Shown here: piece by piece, positions 10,005 through 20,055 of the stretch
How positions within the stretch are numbered: position 1 is the first letter of the stretch
How the letters are laid out: the number at the start of each line of letters is the position of its first letter
Assembly: GCA_039794085.1 (NCBI GenBank)
Contig: JBDIWC010000002.1
Location: 64,001 to 128,000, forward strand
DNA: 64,000 bases
From: Gemmatimonadales bacterium
GTDB taxonomy: Bacteria > Gemmatimonadota > Gemmatimonadetes > Gemmatimonadales > GWC2-71-9
Reading direction: 5' to 3'
Position numbers and translations under genes: made by a program
Notes under the pieces: generated by a model
What the model was told of the DNA's origin: nothing
The model's input: the letters and a program-made list of their open reading frames with translations, nothing else
Databases searched by the model: none

Positions 10005-11375
10005 CTACAGGCCGAGTAGCCGCCGGATGTCGTTGGAGAAGGCCAGAACCATCAACGCCAGGATAAGCGCCAGGCCCACCATGGTCAGCCGTTCGCGGAG
10101 CTTGAGGGAGAGGGGGCGGCGCAGGACCGCCTCGCCGAGGAGAAAGAGAAACTGTCCCCCGTCCAGCACCGGAATCGGAAGCAGGTTCAGAACCGCCAGG
10201 TTGACCGAGATGACCGCCATGAACGCGAGGAAGGGTTCGAACCCCGCCCGGGCGGTCTGGGCGGCGAGCTGACCTATCAGGATGGGACCGCCGACGTCGC
10301 GGCTCGACACCCGGCCGAAGAGCATCCCGCGCACCGAGCGGACGATCTGGGTCGACCAGTTGGCCGTTTCCCGCCACCCCCCGGCCAGGGCCTGGGCCAG
10401 GGTCACCGGATCGCGACGGGTCGGGCTGGCCAGGACCACCCCGATGATGCCCCGGGCCCTCCCGTCCGCCAGGGTGTCGGTGGGCGAGGCGTCGGGCACG
10501 AGGGTGACCCGCACACTGTCCCCGCTCCGGGACACGGTCACGGTCAGCGAGTCTCCAGCGCGCTCCCCAAGGAGTCCCACCACCTCGGCCCACTGCGGGG
10601 TCGCCACACTGTCCACGGCCAGAATGGTATCCCCGGGCTGCAACCCGGCACGGTCGGCGGGGCCGCCCTCCACGAGTTGTCCGATGACCGGCGTGAGATA
10701 CGGCTGGAGCGCCACCGCGGCCCGGATGCGCTGATCCAGCGCGTCCTGGTGGATGGCCAGCACGACGGGGTCCCGTCCGGCCACCCCGAGCACCACGCTA
10801 TCCCCAGCCGAGCGCTGGATTCCCTCCTGGATGTCGTTCCAGCTCGACACCGGTCGCCCATTGACGGTGGTGATGCTGTCACCGGGAGTGAGGGTGCGCA
10901 ATCCCTCGGCTTCCGGCGGCAGGGCCTCCTCAGTCAGCGCGCCGAAGCGCGTCACCGGGGTCACCGCCTCGCCGTTCCGATAGAGCAGCGCGGAGAAGAC
11001 CAGCCAGGCGAAGAGCGCGTTCATGGTCACGCCAGCCAGGATGACGATCATCCGCACCCAGACCGGCTTGGCCTCGAACACCTGGTCGGGTGGAATGGTG
11101 GCGGCGCTGGCTTCGCCCTCGAGCGCCCCCATCGCCGCATCCTCCTCGCGGCTCGCCATCTTCACATAGCCCCCCAGCGGGAGCCAGGAGATGGAGTATT
11201 CGGTTCCGCCTCGCGTAATGGTCAGCCATCGGATCGGGGCCCCGATGCCAAGGGAAAACCGGTGGACATGGATTCCGGCGGCCTTGGCGGCGAGGAAATG
11301 CCCCGCCTCGTGAATGAACACGAGGACGCCGAGCACCACGATCAGGGAGAGAATGGTGAACAGGGCGCCACTCAT
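10005..11375 (-). CDS. rseP: RIP metalloprotease RseP
   Basis: HEAGH, NLLPIPVLDGG and two PDZ-like segments. Lies downstream of dxr. Confidence 0.95.
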   Translation of the reverse strand: MSGALFTILSLIVVLGVLVFIHEAGHFLAAKAAGIHVHRFSLGIGAPIRWLTITRGGTEYSISWLPLGGYVKMASREEDAAMGALEGEASAATIPPDQVFEAKPVWVRMIVILAGVTMNALFAWLVFSALLYRNGEAVTPVTRFGALTEEALPPEAEGLRTLTPGDSITTVNGRPVSSWNDIQEGIQRSAGDSVVLGVAGRDPVVLAIHQDALDQRIRAAVALQPYLTPVIGQLVEGGPADRAGLQPGDTILAVDSVATPQWAEVVGLLGERAGDSLTVTVSRSGDSVRVTLVPDASPTDTLADGRARGIIGVVLASPTRRDPVTLAQALAGGWRETANWSTQIVRSVRGMLFGRVSSRDVGGPILIGQLAAQTARAGFEPFLAFMAVISVNLAVLNLLPIPVLDGGQFLFLLGEAVLRRPLSLKLRERLTMVGLALILALMVLAFSNDIRRLLGL

Positions 11376-12475
11376 GACCGACGCTCCGCCCGGTGCGTGG
11401 CCTCGGCGCGGGCCCAGCGATCGGCCTCCTGTACCACGCTGACACTCCCGGCGGGAACAGGCACATGGTCGGACAGCACGGCGTCGATCACCTCGGCGAT
11501 CCCTCCGAAGGGGAGCGCACCGTCGAGAAAATGCGCCACGGCCACTTCATTCGCCGCGTTGAACACCGCGGGGGCCGTTCCTCCCGCGCGCCCGGCGGCC
11601 ACTCCGAGATCGAAGGCGGGAAAGGCGTCCCGCCGAACGGCTTCGAACGTCAGGCCGGACGCGGCGACGGGGTCGAATCGCCGGGGGCCCGCATCCGCGA
11701 TGCGCTCAGGCCAGGTCAGGGCATACATGATGGGAAGCTCCATGCTCGGGAAACTCATCTGGCTGAGGACGTTGCCGTCCACGAACTCCACCAGGGCATG
11801 GACGATACTCTGGGGGTGGACCACCACATCGAGCTGGTCATAGCCCAGCCCGAACAGAAAATGCGCTTCGATGATCTCCAGCGCCTTGTTGGCGAGCGTG
11901 GCGCTGTCGATAGTGATCTTCCGTCCCATGCTCCAGGTGGGGTGACAGAGCGCCTCGGCCACGGTGGCCCGGGCCACCCGTTCCAGATCCCAGGTGCGAA
12001 AGGGCCCCCCCGACGCCGTCAGGATGAGCCGGGACACGTGCTGAGTGCATCCTCGCTCCAGGCATTGCAGCACGGCGCTGTGCTCGGAATCGACCGGAAC
12101 GAGGACCCCGCCTCCCCGGCGGGCGGCGTCGAGGACCAGGTCGCCGCCGGCCACCAGCGACTCCTTGTTGGCCAGGGCCACCCTCTTGCCCGCGGCAAGT
12201 GCCGCCAGCGTTGCATCCAGGCCCGCAAATCCGACCACCGCGTTGACGACCACGTCCACGTCGGGGTGGGTGGCCGCGGCCAGGAGAAGCTCGCGGCCCT
12301 CGGAGGCCAACCCGGAGAGAGCGGGAGACCAGCGGCGGGCCAGGGCGTCCAGCGCGTCGCGGTTTCGGCCGGCCGTGAGGGCCACCACGCGATAGCGGTC
12401 CGGATGCCGATCGAGGACCGCCAGGGTGCTCGCCCCGATCGATCCGGTGCAGCCGAGGATCGCGACCCCGAGCAT
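11372..12475 (-). CDS. dxr: 1-deoxy-D-xylulose-5-phosphate reductoisomerase
   Basis: ILGCTGSIG, LANKESLV, PVDSEHSA and HPTWSMGRKITIDSATL. ATG 12475 overlaps the cdsA stop. Confidence 0.96.
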   Translation of the reverse strand: MLGVAILGCTGSIGASTLAVLDRHPDRYRVVALTAGRNRDALDALARRWSPALSGLASEGRELLLAAATHPDVDVVVNAVVGFAGLDATLAALAAGKRVALANKESLVAGGDLVLDAARRGGGVLVPVDSEHSAVLQCLERGCTQHVSRLILTASGGPFRTWDLERVARATVAEALCHPTWSMGRKITIDSATLANKALEIIEAHFLFGLGYDQLDVVVHPQSIVHALVEFVDGNVLSQMSFPSMELPIMYALTWPERIADAGPRRFDPVAASGLTFEAVRRDAFPAFDLGVAAGRAGGTAPAVFNAANEVAVAHFLDGALPFGGIAEVIDAVLSDHVPVPAGSVSVVQEADRWARAEATHRAERRS

Positions 12476-13338
12476 CAGAGGGTTCCGAAGGTCCGGAGCA
12501 GCCCCCAGGCAACCGGGATGGCAAAGTAGAGGGAGTCGAACCGATCGAGGACTCCACCATGTCCCGGGATGAGGGCACTGGAGTCCTTCACCCCCGCTTC
12601 CCGCTTGAAGAGCGACTCGACCAGGTCTCCGAGCTGGGCCACGACGCTCACCGCGAGACCGAGGATGAGGAGCTCCGAGGCGTGGATATGGACACCGGCC
12701 GGTCCCAGGAGGTGCAGCATGGCGAGGGCGGCGATCACTCCTCCGATCAGGCCCGCCACTCCGCCCGCCCGGGTCTTCCCCGGGCTCACCGTGGGAGCGA
12801 GCTTGGGCCCGCCCATCGCCTTCCCCGCCGCCATCGCGGCGCTGTCGCAGATCCAGGTGATCACGAGGGGAAGGAGGGCGAGCCACGCTCCGGCCCAGGA
12901 CATGGTCCCATGACCGGCGTGCCGGAGCAGGAGGAGGGTGGCCGGGAGTACGCCGCAGTAGGTCACACCCAGAACGGTGATGGCGGCCGCCGCGAGGGGT
13001 CTGCTGCCGGGCGGGCGAACCGCGAGTGTGGCCACGAGGACCACCAGGAGCCACCCCAGCGCCAGCAGGGGCCAGCCGGCCCGGAGGCCGCTGCCCAGTG
13101 CACCGGGCTGCACCGCCATCCACATGAGAGGTGCGACGGCGGCGGCCCCACTCATTCCCACCACGGTCAGTGCCTTCACCCCGGTGCGGTTGGCCAGGTC
13201 GAACAGTTCCCGGATTCCGAGGGCACCGACCGCGGCGAGGAGGAGGGCCAGGGGGATCCCGCCGTACCAGAGAATCACAACGGCGGCTGGGATGGCGACA
13301 GCCGCCACTCCCAGGCGCTGGGTCAGGTTGCTCGCCAT
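12475..13338 (-). CDS. cdsA: Phosphatidate cytidylyltransferase
   Basis: SPGKT and GDLVESLFKREAGVKDSSALIPGHGGVLDRFDS. Multi-pass hydrophobic protein. Confidence 0.96.
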   Translation of the reverse strand: MASNLTQRLGVAAVAIPAAVVILWYGGIPLALLLAAVGALGIRELFDLANRTGVKALTVVGMSGAAAVAPLMWMAVQPGALGSGLRAGWPLLALGWLLVVLVATLAVRPPGSRPLAAAAITVLGVTYCGVLPATLLLLRHAGHGTMSWAGAWLALLPLVITWICDSAAMAAGKAMGGPKLAPTVSPGKTRAGGVAGLIGGVIAALAMLHLLGPAGVHIHASELLILGLAVSVVAQLGDLVESLFKREAGVKDSSALIPGHGGVLDRFDSLYFAIPVAWGLLRTFGTL

Positions 13339-13348
13339 GAGTCGTCTC

Positions 13349-14095
13349 CTACCGGGACACGCGCCCGAAGCGGCGATCGCGCTGTTGGTAATCGTGGATG
13401 GCCTGGTAGAGGTGTTCCCTCGTGAAGTCGGGCCAGAGGACGGGAGTCACGTGGAACTCGGCGTAGGCCAGTTGCCACAGAAGAAAATTGGACAGACGGT
13501 ACTCCCCCGACGTGCGAATCAAGAGGTCGGGATCGGGCCAGGAGGCTGTGTAGAGTTCTCGTGCCACCGCCGCCTCGTCAATGGCTTCGACGATCATCTC
13601 GCCGGCATGCACCCGGGCCGCCAGGCGCCGGGCCGCCCGCGCAATCTCGGCGCGGGCCCCGTAGGACACGCAGAGATTGAGGGCGAGTGCGGTTCCACTC
13701 GCGGTTTCGCGCATGAGATGCTCGGCGGCCGAGCGGGCGGAGGGGGAGAGCCGATCGAGCTCTCCCAGGAAGCGCACGGCCACACCCTGGGCGGCGAGTT
13801 CGGCCGCTTCGCGGGCGATATACTCTTCGAGCAGCTGCATCAGGGCGTCGATCTCGGGGGCGGGTCGTTGCCAGTTCTCCTGGCTGAAGGCGAAGAGGGT
13901 CAGTACCTGCACCCCAGCCTGGAGTCCTCCCTCCACCACCTCGCGCACGGCCGCCATCCCGGCCTGGTGGCCTGCGGGCCGGGGCAGGTTGCGGGCCTGG
14001 GCCCAGCGCCCGTTTCCATCCATGATGATGGCGATGTGTGCCGGAACCGCGCCGTGGACCCGGACGGCGGTAAGCGAGTCAATGGAGCCGGTCAC
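13349..14095 (-). CDS. uppS: Undecaprenyl diphosphate synthase
   Basis: HIAIIMDGNGRWA, FSQENWQRP and DLLIRTSGEYRLSNFLLWQ. Confidence 0.97.
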   Translation of the reverse strand: MTGSIDSLTAVRVHGAVPAHIAIIMDGNGRWAQARNLPRPAGHQAGMAAVREVVEGGLQAGVQVLTLFAFSQENWQRPAPEIDALMQLLEEYIAREAAELAAQGVAVRFLGELDRLSPSARSAAEHLMRETASGTALALNLCVSYGARAEIARAARRLAARVHAGEMIVEAIDEAAVARELYTASWPDPDLLIRTSGEYRLSNFLLWQLAYAEFHVTPVLWPDFTREHLYQAIHDYQQRDRRFGRVSR

Positions 14096-14646
14096 ACTTC
14101 CATGATCTCCGCTTCCTTCGCCGCGACCATCTCCTCGATCTGGCGGATGTGATCGTCGGTGAGCTTCTGGATCTCCTTCTCCGCCCGGGTCTTGTCATCC
14201 TCCGGCACCTTCTCGAGCTTTCGGATCCGGCTCAGATTCTCGGTCCGGTGATGTCGCACACCAATACGACCCTCTTCCGCCACCTTGTGCAGGAGGCGCA
14301 CCAGATCCTTCCGCCGTTCCTCGGTGAGCGGGGGGAGCGGAATGCGCAGAAGGTTTCCGGCCGTGGCCGGATTGAGGCCGAGCCCCGAACTCATGATGGC
14401 CTTTTCCACGGCGGTGACGAGGGACTGGTCGAATACCTGCACGGTCAACAGTCGGGCTTCGGGAGCGGCCACCAGTCCGACCTGATTGAGCGGAACGGTC
14501 GAGCCATACGCCTCGACTTTGACCAGGTCGAGAAGGCTGGTGGTGGCCTTGCCACTCCGGATGCCGGAGAACTCCCGGCGGGTGTTCTCGACCGTTTTAT
14601 GCATGCCGTCCTTGGCATGTGCCAGGTATTCCGCAATGGTAGTCAT
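14092..14646 (-). CDS. frr: Ribosome recycling factor
   Basis: IRSGKA and [12 protein letters not shown]. Lies between pyrH and uppS. Confidence 0.96.
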   Translation of the reverse strand: MTTIAEYLAHAKDGMHKTVENTRREFSGIRSGKATTSLLDLVKVEAYGSTVPLNQVGLVAAPEARLLTVQVFDQSLVTAVEKAIMSSGLGLNPATAGNLLRIPLPPLTEERRKDLVRLLHKVAEEGRIGVRHHRTENLSRIRKLEKVPEDDKTRAEKEIQKLTDDHIRQIEEMVAAKEAEIMEV

Positions 14647-15353
14647 CGGACGAGGGTCCCCACCCGGTCGCCGTGGAGGATCCGGGCCACGGCCCCGGGC
14701 TGCTGGATGTTGAAGACAACGATCGGCAGATTGTTGGCCTTGCAGAGACCAAAGGCGTTCGCATCCATGACCGCGTAGCCGCGCACCAGGGCCTCCTGAA
14801 ACGAGAGGTCGGGTATGAAGGTCGCGGTGGGGTCGGTCTTCGGATCTCCGGTGTAGACCCCATCCACAGACGTGGCCTTGAGGATCACCTCAGCCTCGAT
14901 CTCCAGGGCCCGCAACACGGCGGCGGTATCGGTGGAGAAGAACGGGTTCCCCGTGCCTGCGGCAAAGATAACCAACCGGCCCTTTTCCAGGTGCCGGAGG
15001 GCCCGTCGCCGGATGTACGGCTCGGCGAGGGACTCCATCCGGATGGCCGTCATCACCCGGGTCTGCACCCCGATTCGTTCCAGGACATCCTGGAGCGCCA
15101 GAGCGTTGATCACCGTGGCCAGCATGCCCATGTAGTCCGCGGACACGCGGTCGAGTCCCTCCTGGCTCGCCACTGTTCCGCGCACGATGTTGCCCCCGCC
15201 CACCACCAGGCCCAGGTGCACCCCAAGGGCATGGACGCCCTTGATCTCCTCGGCGAGTCGTTCCACCACGCCGAAGTCGAGGCCGACCCCCTTGCCTCCG
15301 GCAAGGGCCTCCCCGGAAATCTTGAGCAGGGCACGGCGGTAAATCAGCCCCAT
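14643..15353 (-). CDS. pyrH: UMP kinase
   Basis: [26 protein letters not shown] and [11 protein letters not shown]. Confidence 0.97.
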   Translation of the reverse strand: MGLIYRRALLKISGEALAGGKGVGLDFGVVERLAEEIKGVHALGVHLGLVVGGGNIVRGTVASQEGLDRVSADYMGMLATVINALALQDVLERIGVQTRVMTAIRMESLAEPYIRRRALRHLEKGRLVIFAAGTGNPFFSTDTAAVLRALEIEAEVILKATSVDGVYTGDPKTDPTATFIPDLSFQEALVRGYAVMDANAFGLCKANNLPIVVFNIQQPGAVARILHGDRVGTLVR

Positions 15354-16222
15354 CAGGACTCCCCGATGCGGACCCGGACGAACCGAACGACCGTCAGATC
15401 ACCGCCCGCCGCCTTCGCCGCGGCCGCCACGACCTGGCCCACGGAGGTCTTGTCGTCCTTCACGAAGGGCTGTTCGAGCAGAGCGCGCTCGGAGAGGAAT
15501 TTCCGCACCTTCCCGTCGACGATCTTGGAACGGACCGCCTCAGGCTTCCCCTCGGCCGTCACCTGCTCCTCGGCGATGCGCCGTTCCCGGTCCACGAGGT
15601 CGGCCGCGATGTCCTCGGGGCGAACCGCCACGGGATCCGCGGACGCGACGTGCATGGCCAATTCCCGCGCCAGAGCCTGGCCCTCGGGGGTCCGCGCCCC
15701 GGCCCCCGACACCTCCACGAGAACGCCCACCTGCCGGTTGTGGTGCAGGTACTGCCCCACGGTCCCGGCGACCGGAGCGAAAGTCGCCGCCATGCTCAGG
15801 TTCACCGCCTCTCCCGTCGTGCCGGACATCCGTTGCACGAGATCCGCCACCGTGTCGGTCCCCCCCTCTTCGGCCGGAGCCGCGAGCAAGGCCGGGGCGT
15901 CCTCGGCCTTCACCGCGGCAGCCCGGGAGGCGAGACGGGCGGCGAGCGCCACGAAGTCATCGGTGCGAGCCACGAAGTCGGTTTCGCAGGTCAGGCAGAT
16001 GATCGAAGCCCGGGATCCATCCGGGGCAGCTTCGATGTTCACCAGCCCCTGGGTGGTGGACCGGCCGACCCTCTTCTCCGCCTTGGCGATGCCCTTGGCC
16101 CGCAGCAGTTCGGCGGCACGCTCCATGTCACCCTCGGCCTCGTCGAGGGCCTTCTTGCAATCCATCATCCCGGCACTGGTCCGGGCGCGCAGTTCACTGA
16201 TGTCCTTGGTCGAGATCGCCAT
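15353..16222 (-). CDS. tsf: Elongation factor Ts
   Basis: [16 protein letters not shown] and CETDFVAR. Confidence 0.97.
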   Translation of the reverse strand: MAISTKDISELRARTSAGMMDCKKALDEAEGDMERAAELLRAKGIAKAEKRVGRSTTQGLVNIEAAPDGSRASIICLTCETDFVARTDDFVALAARLASRAAAVKAEDAPALLAAPAEEGGTDTVADLVQRMSGTTGEAVNLSMAATFAPVAGTVGQYLHHNRQVGVLVEVSGAGARTPEGQALARELAMHVASADPVAVRPEDIAADLVDRERRIAEEQVTAEGKPEAVRSKIVDGKVRKFLSERALLEQPFVKDDKTSVGQVVAAAAKAAGGDLTVVRFVRVRIGES

Positions 16223-16348
16223 GGTCTTCTTCTCTGGGTAGGTGGTGCATGATTCGGGGTCCCGGCCTCTACCCGGGGCCCCTTAGAACGACCGCCGCCT
16301 TCGGCCGGAACCGTTGGCGGCGGGAACGGGCCGGTGTGAAACCGTCCC

Positions 16349-17239
16349 TCAGGCGCTGGCGTCGCCGCTCGACGCCGGTTCAACCTCCGCGGTCTCGCCG
16401 CCGTCTCCCTTGAGGCGGGCCGCAATCGCTTCGGGCTTGGGCCGCCGCTTGCGGGTGGGTCGGCGACGGCGCCGATCGGCATCGGGATCCCCTTCGGTGC
16501 CGGTGTCGGTGCTGTAGGTTTCGGCATCGGCGTCCTCCACACCCTCGCGGGTGGGGGCGGCCATCCGGGCCTCCCGAATCACCTCACCGAGCGCGCGCGT
16601 GATGAGGGACACGGACCGGATCGCGTCGTCGTTGCCGGGGATCGGAACCGTGATCGGATCGGGATCGGCATTGGTGTCCACGATGGCCACGACCGGAATC
16701 CCGAGCTTGTTCGCCTCCTGGATCGCGATCTTCTCCTTCCGAGCATCCACCACAAAGAGCGCACCCGGGAGGCGACCCATCTGCTTGAGCCCCTCCAGGT
16801 TGCGGAGCAGCTTGACCCGCTCCCGCTCGAACAGCAGGCGCTCCTTCTTGGTGTAGTTCTCGAATCCGCCCTCGTCGGTTCCCTGTTCCAGGTCCTTGAG
16901 ACGCCGGATCTGCTTCTTGATGGTCTGGAAGTTGGTGAGGGTTCCGCCCAGCCACCGTTCGGTGACCCAGAACGCGCCCGCGTGATCGGCCTCCCCCTGG
17001 ACCAGCGCCTTGAGCTGCTTCTTGGTGCAGACGAACAGGATCCCTTCGCCGCGTGTGATCACGGAGCGGAGCAGTTCCTGCGCCTTCTGGATTTGCCGGA
17101 GCGTCTTCTGAAGGTCGATGATGTAGATCCCGGAGCGTTCCGCAAAGATGAAACGGCGCATCTTCGGGTTCCACCGGCGGGTCTGATGGCCGAAATGGAC
17201 TCCGGCTTCGAGGAGGTCCTGCACCTGGGGCTGTGCCAT
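16349..17239 (-). CDS. rpsB: 30S ribosomal protein S2
   Basis: LLEAGVHFGHQTRRWNPKM, RWLGGTLTNF and PGNDDAIRS. Confidence 0.98.
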   Translation of the reverse strand: MAQPQVQDLLEAGVHFGHQTRRWNPKMRRFIFAERSGIYIIDLQKTLRQIQKAQELLRSVITRGEGILFVCTKKQLKALVQGEADHAGAFWVTERWLGGTLTNFQTIKKQIRRLKDLEQGTDEGGFENYTKKERLLFERERVKLLRNLEGLKQMGRLPGALFVVDARKEKIAIQEANKLGIPVVAIVDTNADPDPITVPIPGNDDAIRSVSLITRALGEVIREARMAAPTREGVEDADAETYSTDTGTEGDPDADRRRRRPTRKRRPKPEAIAARLKGDGGETAEVEPASSGDASA

Positions 17240-17385
17240 GCGTTCCGTGTCGTCCTTCTACCGAGAGGGTTGGTCGTCCACCGCCTTCGTCCCGAGGCCC
17301 GACCCCCGCGGGGGCACCCAGACCGCGATCCAGCGATGTACCGAGTGCGGCAGGCGGCACCATGCCCCCTGCCGTGCAGGATGAA

Positions 17386-17787
17386 CTACCGCTTCGAGAA
17401 CTGGAAGCGCTTCCGGGCTCCTGGCCGACCCGGCTTTTTCCGCTCCACCGCCCGGGGATCCCGGGTGAGGAGTCCCGCGGCCCGGAGCTTGGTCCGGTGC
17501 ATCGCATCGGCCTCGACCAGCGCACGCGCGATGGCGTGGCGCAGCGCCCCGGCCTGACCGCTCACACCCCCTCCGTCGAGATGGGCCTTGACGTCGAATG
17601 CGCCGAGCGTGTCGGTGGCCGTGAAGGACTGCTGAATGTGCTGCACCAGGGAGGGGCGGGGGAAATAGTCCCCGAGGGTCCGTCCATTCACATCCCATCT
17701 GCCGCTGCCCGGTGTCAGGTAGACCCGTGCCACGGAAGTTTTCCGCCGGCCTATGGCCTGCCACCGGAACGCGGATTCGTCACTCAT
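17386..17787 (-). CDS. rpsI: 30S ribosomal protein S9
   Basis: GRRKTSVARV, GGGVSGQAGA and C-terminal QFSKR. Confidence 0.98.
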   Translation of the reverse strand: MSDESAFRWQAIGRRKTSVARVYLTPGSGRWDVNGRTLGDYFPRPSLVQHIQQSFTATDTLGAFDVKAHLDGGGVSGQAGALRHAIARALVEADAMHRTKLRAAGLLTRDPRAVERKKPGRPGARKRFQFSKR

Positions 17788-18227
17788 GCGGTCACCTCGA
17801 GGCTGAACGTCTTCGGTTGCTGGGCCTGGTGCGGGTGCTGGTCCCCGCCATACACCTTGAGCTTGCCCCTCAGTTTCTGGCGGGCCAGGGAGGTCTTGGG
17901 CAGCATCCCGAACACCGCCTTTTCGATCACCCGGTCGGGGTGAGATGCGAGGAGGTTGCGTGCGGGCGTGTGCCGCTCATGCCCCATGTACCCGGTGTGC
18001 TTGAAATATGTTTTCTGGTCGAGCTTCCGGCCCGTCAGGTGAACCTTCGAGGCGTTGATGACCACCACGAAATCCCCACCGTCCATGTGGGGGGTGTACG
18101 TGGGCTTGTGTTTCCCGCGAATAAGCTGGGCCACCACACTCGCGAGGCGCCCGAGGGGCACATCGGTGGCATCCACCAGATGCCATTCGTGGGTCTGGTC
18201 CTGCGGCTTGGCCGAAAATGTCTTCAT
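17784..18227 (-). CDS. rplM: 50S ribosomal protein L13
   Basis: WHLVDA, LGRLAS and GKHKPTYTPHMDGGDFVVVINA. Confidence 0.98.
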   Translation of the reverse strand: MKTFSAKPQDQTHEWHLVDATDVPLGRLASVVAQLIRGKHKPTYTPHMDGGDFVVVINASKVHLTGRKLDQKTYFKHTGYMGHERHTPARNLLASHPDRVIEKAVFGMLPKTSLARQKLRGKLKVYGGDQHPHQAQQPKTFSLEVTA

Positions 18228-18287
18228 GTGACCGCGGTCCGTCTTGAGCGTTTGACCTTCTGATCCCGGTTTCGGGAATAGCTTTGC

Positions 18288-18317
18288 AAAATATCCCCGG
18301 ATAAGTGGTTAGGTCAA
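18288..18317 (-). promoter_or_regulatory. Putative sigma70 promoter of rplM-rpsI
   Basis: Minus strand TTGACC (18317-18312), 18-nt spacer, TATTTT (18293-18288). Confidence 0.55.
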
Positions 18318-18826
18318 GCCCCGCCAGAGGCCTCGAACTCGATCAGGGGGGCCCCCTTCTCCACCGCCTGGCCCGGGGTCACCAGGACCCGGGCCACGAC
18401 GGCGGTCCCGCGGGCCTTGATTTCATTCTCCATCTTCATCGCCTCCAGCACCAGGAGCCCGTCCCCGGTTCCCACCGTGTCTCCCACCGCCACTTGGACC
18501 CGCAGCACCAGACCCGGCATGGGAGCCACAATGCGGGACGGCCCGGCCTGCGCCTTGCTGACCCCGAGCAAACTGCGAATGTGCCGGGTCCGTTCGTCAA
18601 GCACCTCCACCTCGATGTCTTCTCCCCGATCCTGGAGGCGCCACCGCCCCCGGCCCACGCCCTCCAAGGGGAAAACCCCGGACGCCCCACCCACCACCAG
18701 GTGAACCAGCGGCGTTCCCGGGATCCGGCGAAGGGTGGCCATCACGACCCGATCTCCGATCCGGACGGTGTCACCATCGACTTCCACTTCCACCGCCGTG
18801 CCCCCGACTGTCACATGGTATTTCAT
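18314..18826 (-). CDS. Biotin carboxyl carrier subunit of an acyl-CoA carboxylase
   Basis: APMPG and EAMKMENE biotinylation motif. Confidence 0.93.
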   Translation of the reverse strand: MKYHVTVGGTAVEVEVDGDTVRIGDRVVMATLRRIPGTPLVHLVVGGASGVFPLEGVGRGRWRLQDRGEDIEVEVLDERTRHIRSLLGVSKAQAGPSRIVAPMPGLVLRVQVAVGDTVGTGDGLLVLEAMKMENEIKARGTAVVARVLVTPGQAVEKGAPLIEFEASGGA

Positions 18827-20055
18827 CGCCGCTCCAGGATCACAGCCACCTCGACGTGGGCCGTTTGGGGAAAGAGGTCGAAGGCCTGCACGGCCGACAC
18901 CCCGTAGCGGTCGCCCAGGTGCCTCAGATCCCGCGCCAGGGTGGCGGGATCACAGGAGATGTATGCCATCCTCCGGGCCCCCGAGGCCCCCAGCCCCGCG
19001 CACACCGCCGGCGTGAGCCCGGTTCGGGGAGGGTTGACCAGCACGCCGTGCGGAGGGGCCAGCCGAGAGATCCACTCTTCGACGCTCCCAACATGACGGC
19101 GGACCCCCGCGATGCCGGAGCGGGAGGCCAGAGCCACGGCCTCCCGGTCCCGCTCCACGCTCTCCACCGCGGCGCCCTTTCGGGCCAGGCGATCGGTCAT
19201 TTCCCCGGTACCGGCATAGAGATCCCACCAGGATTGCCCGGCCTCCGGGGCAAGCCGTTCCATCACCCAACGGCGGATGGTCTCGGCCATGGCGGGATGG
19301 ACCTGCTCGAAGACCATCGCGGAGGACGGGCCCGCCGCCCCTGCCATCGGGACACTCTCGCCTCCGCGGGCTTCGCTCCAGAAGGTGGCCTCCTGTCCCC
19401 AGGACGCCAATTTCCCCTGGATCTCGACCACAGGCGCGGGGTCCGGATGCCCGGAACCGTCGACATGGAGCACACAGTGCATCCCCCCCCCCGCGTCCAC
19501 CCGGAGGGTCAAACGGGTCACCGAGGCAGGAAGAGTGGCCGCGAGAGGCGACAGCTCTTCCCAGAGGGCGTTGAGTTCCTCCCGCGCGATGAGGCAGTAC
19601 CGCAGCGGGAAAACCTCGCCGGGGCGTTCGGCCTGGTGAAAGCCGAAGGTTCCGTTCCTGCACCGGTGCAGAGTGATCCGGGTCCGGTATCCCCAGGGAG
19701 ATTCGGCGGCACAGAGAGGGGGATCCTCCAGGGCGAGCTTCCCGATCCGCCGGAGTGCGTCTCCCACGATCCTTTTCCGGGCCTCCTGCTGGGCCGGTTC
19801 GGCCAGGTGCTGGAGCTGGCACCCCCCACATCCGTCCTTCCGAAGGTGGTCGCAGGGGACCTCGATCCGTCCCGGTCCCGGTTCCACCACCCGCCCTGGC
19901 CAGGCCCGGGCAAACCGCGCGGAGAGACGAATATCCCGCGGTTCCACCAGGTCGCCCGGGGCCGTGGCGGGGATGAACACGACCCGGCCATCGGTCAGGT
20001 GTCCCACCCCATCCCCCCCGGCGGCGACCCGCTCGATCCGGACGGCGGGAATCAC
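18823..20055 (-). CDS. TRAM-domain RNA (uracil-5) methyltransferase, RlmD/TrmA family
   Basis: N-terminal TRAM, C...CGGC Fe-S motif, DLYAGTG, NPPRTG, SCDPATLARD and DLFPQTAHVE. Confidence 0.9.
   Translation of the reverse strand: MIPAVRIERVAAGGDGVGHLTDGRVVFIPATAPGDLVEPRDIRLSARFARAWPGRVVEPGPGRIEVPCDHLRKDGCGGCQLQHLAEPAQQEARKRIVGDALRRIGKLALEDPPLCAAESPWGYRTRITLHRCRNGTFGFHQAERPGEVFPLRYCLIAREELNALWEELSPLAATLPASVTRLTLRVDAGGGMHCVLHVDGSGHPDPAPVVEIQGKLASWGQEATFWSEARGGESVPMAGAAGPSSAMVFEQVHPAMAETIRRWVMERLAPEAGQSWWDLYAGTGEMTDRLARKGAAVESVERDREAVALASRSGIAGVRRHVGSVEEWISRLAPPHGVLVNPPRTGLTPAVCAGLGASGARRMAYISCDPATLARDLRHLGDRYGVSAVQAFDLFPQTAHVEVAVILERR

Noticed and set aside
11372..13123. Long N-terminal extensions in the ORF track (dxr, rsmA, dnaG, MBL hydrolase, rsmD) suggesting fusions
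   Set aside because: The extensions overlap genuine upstream genes in other frames, and internal starts match the family N-termini.
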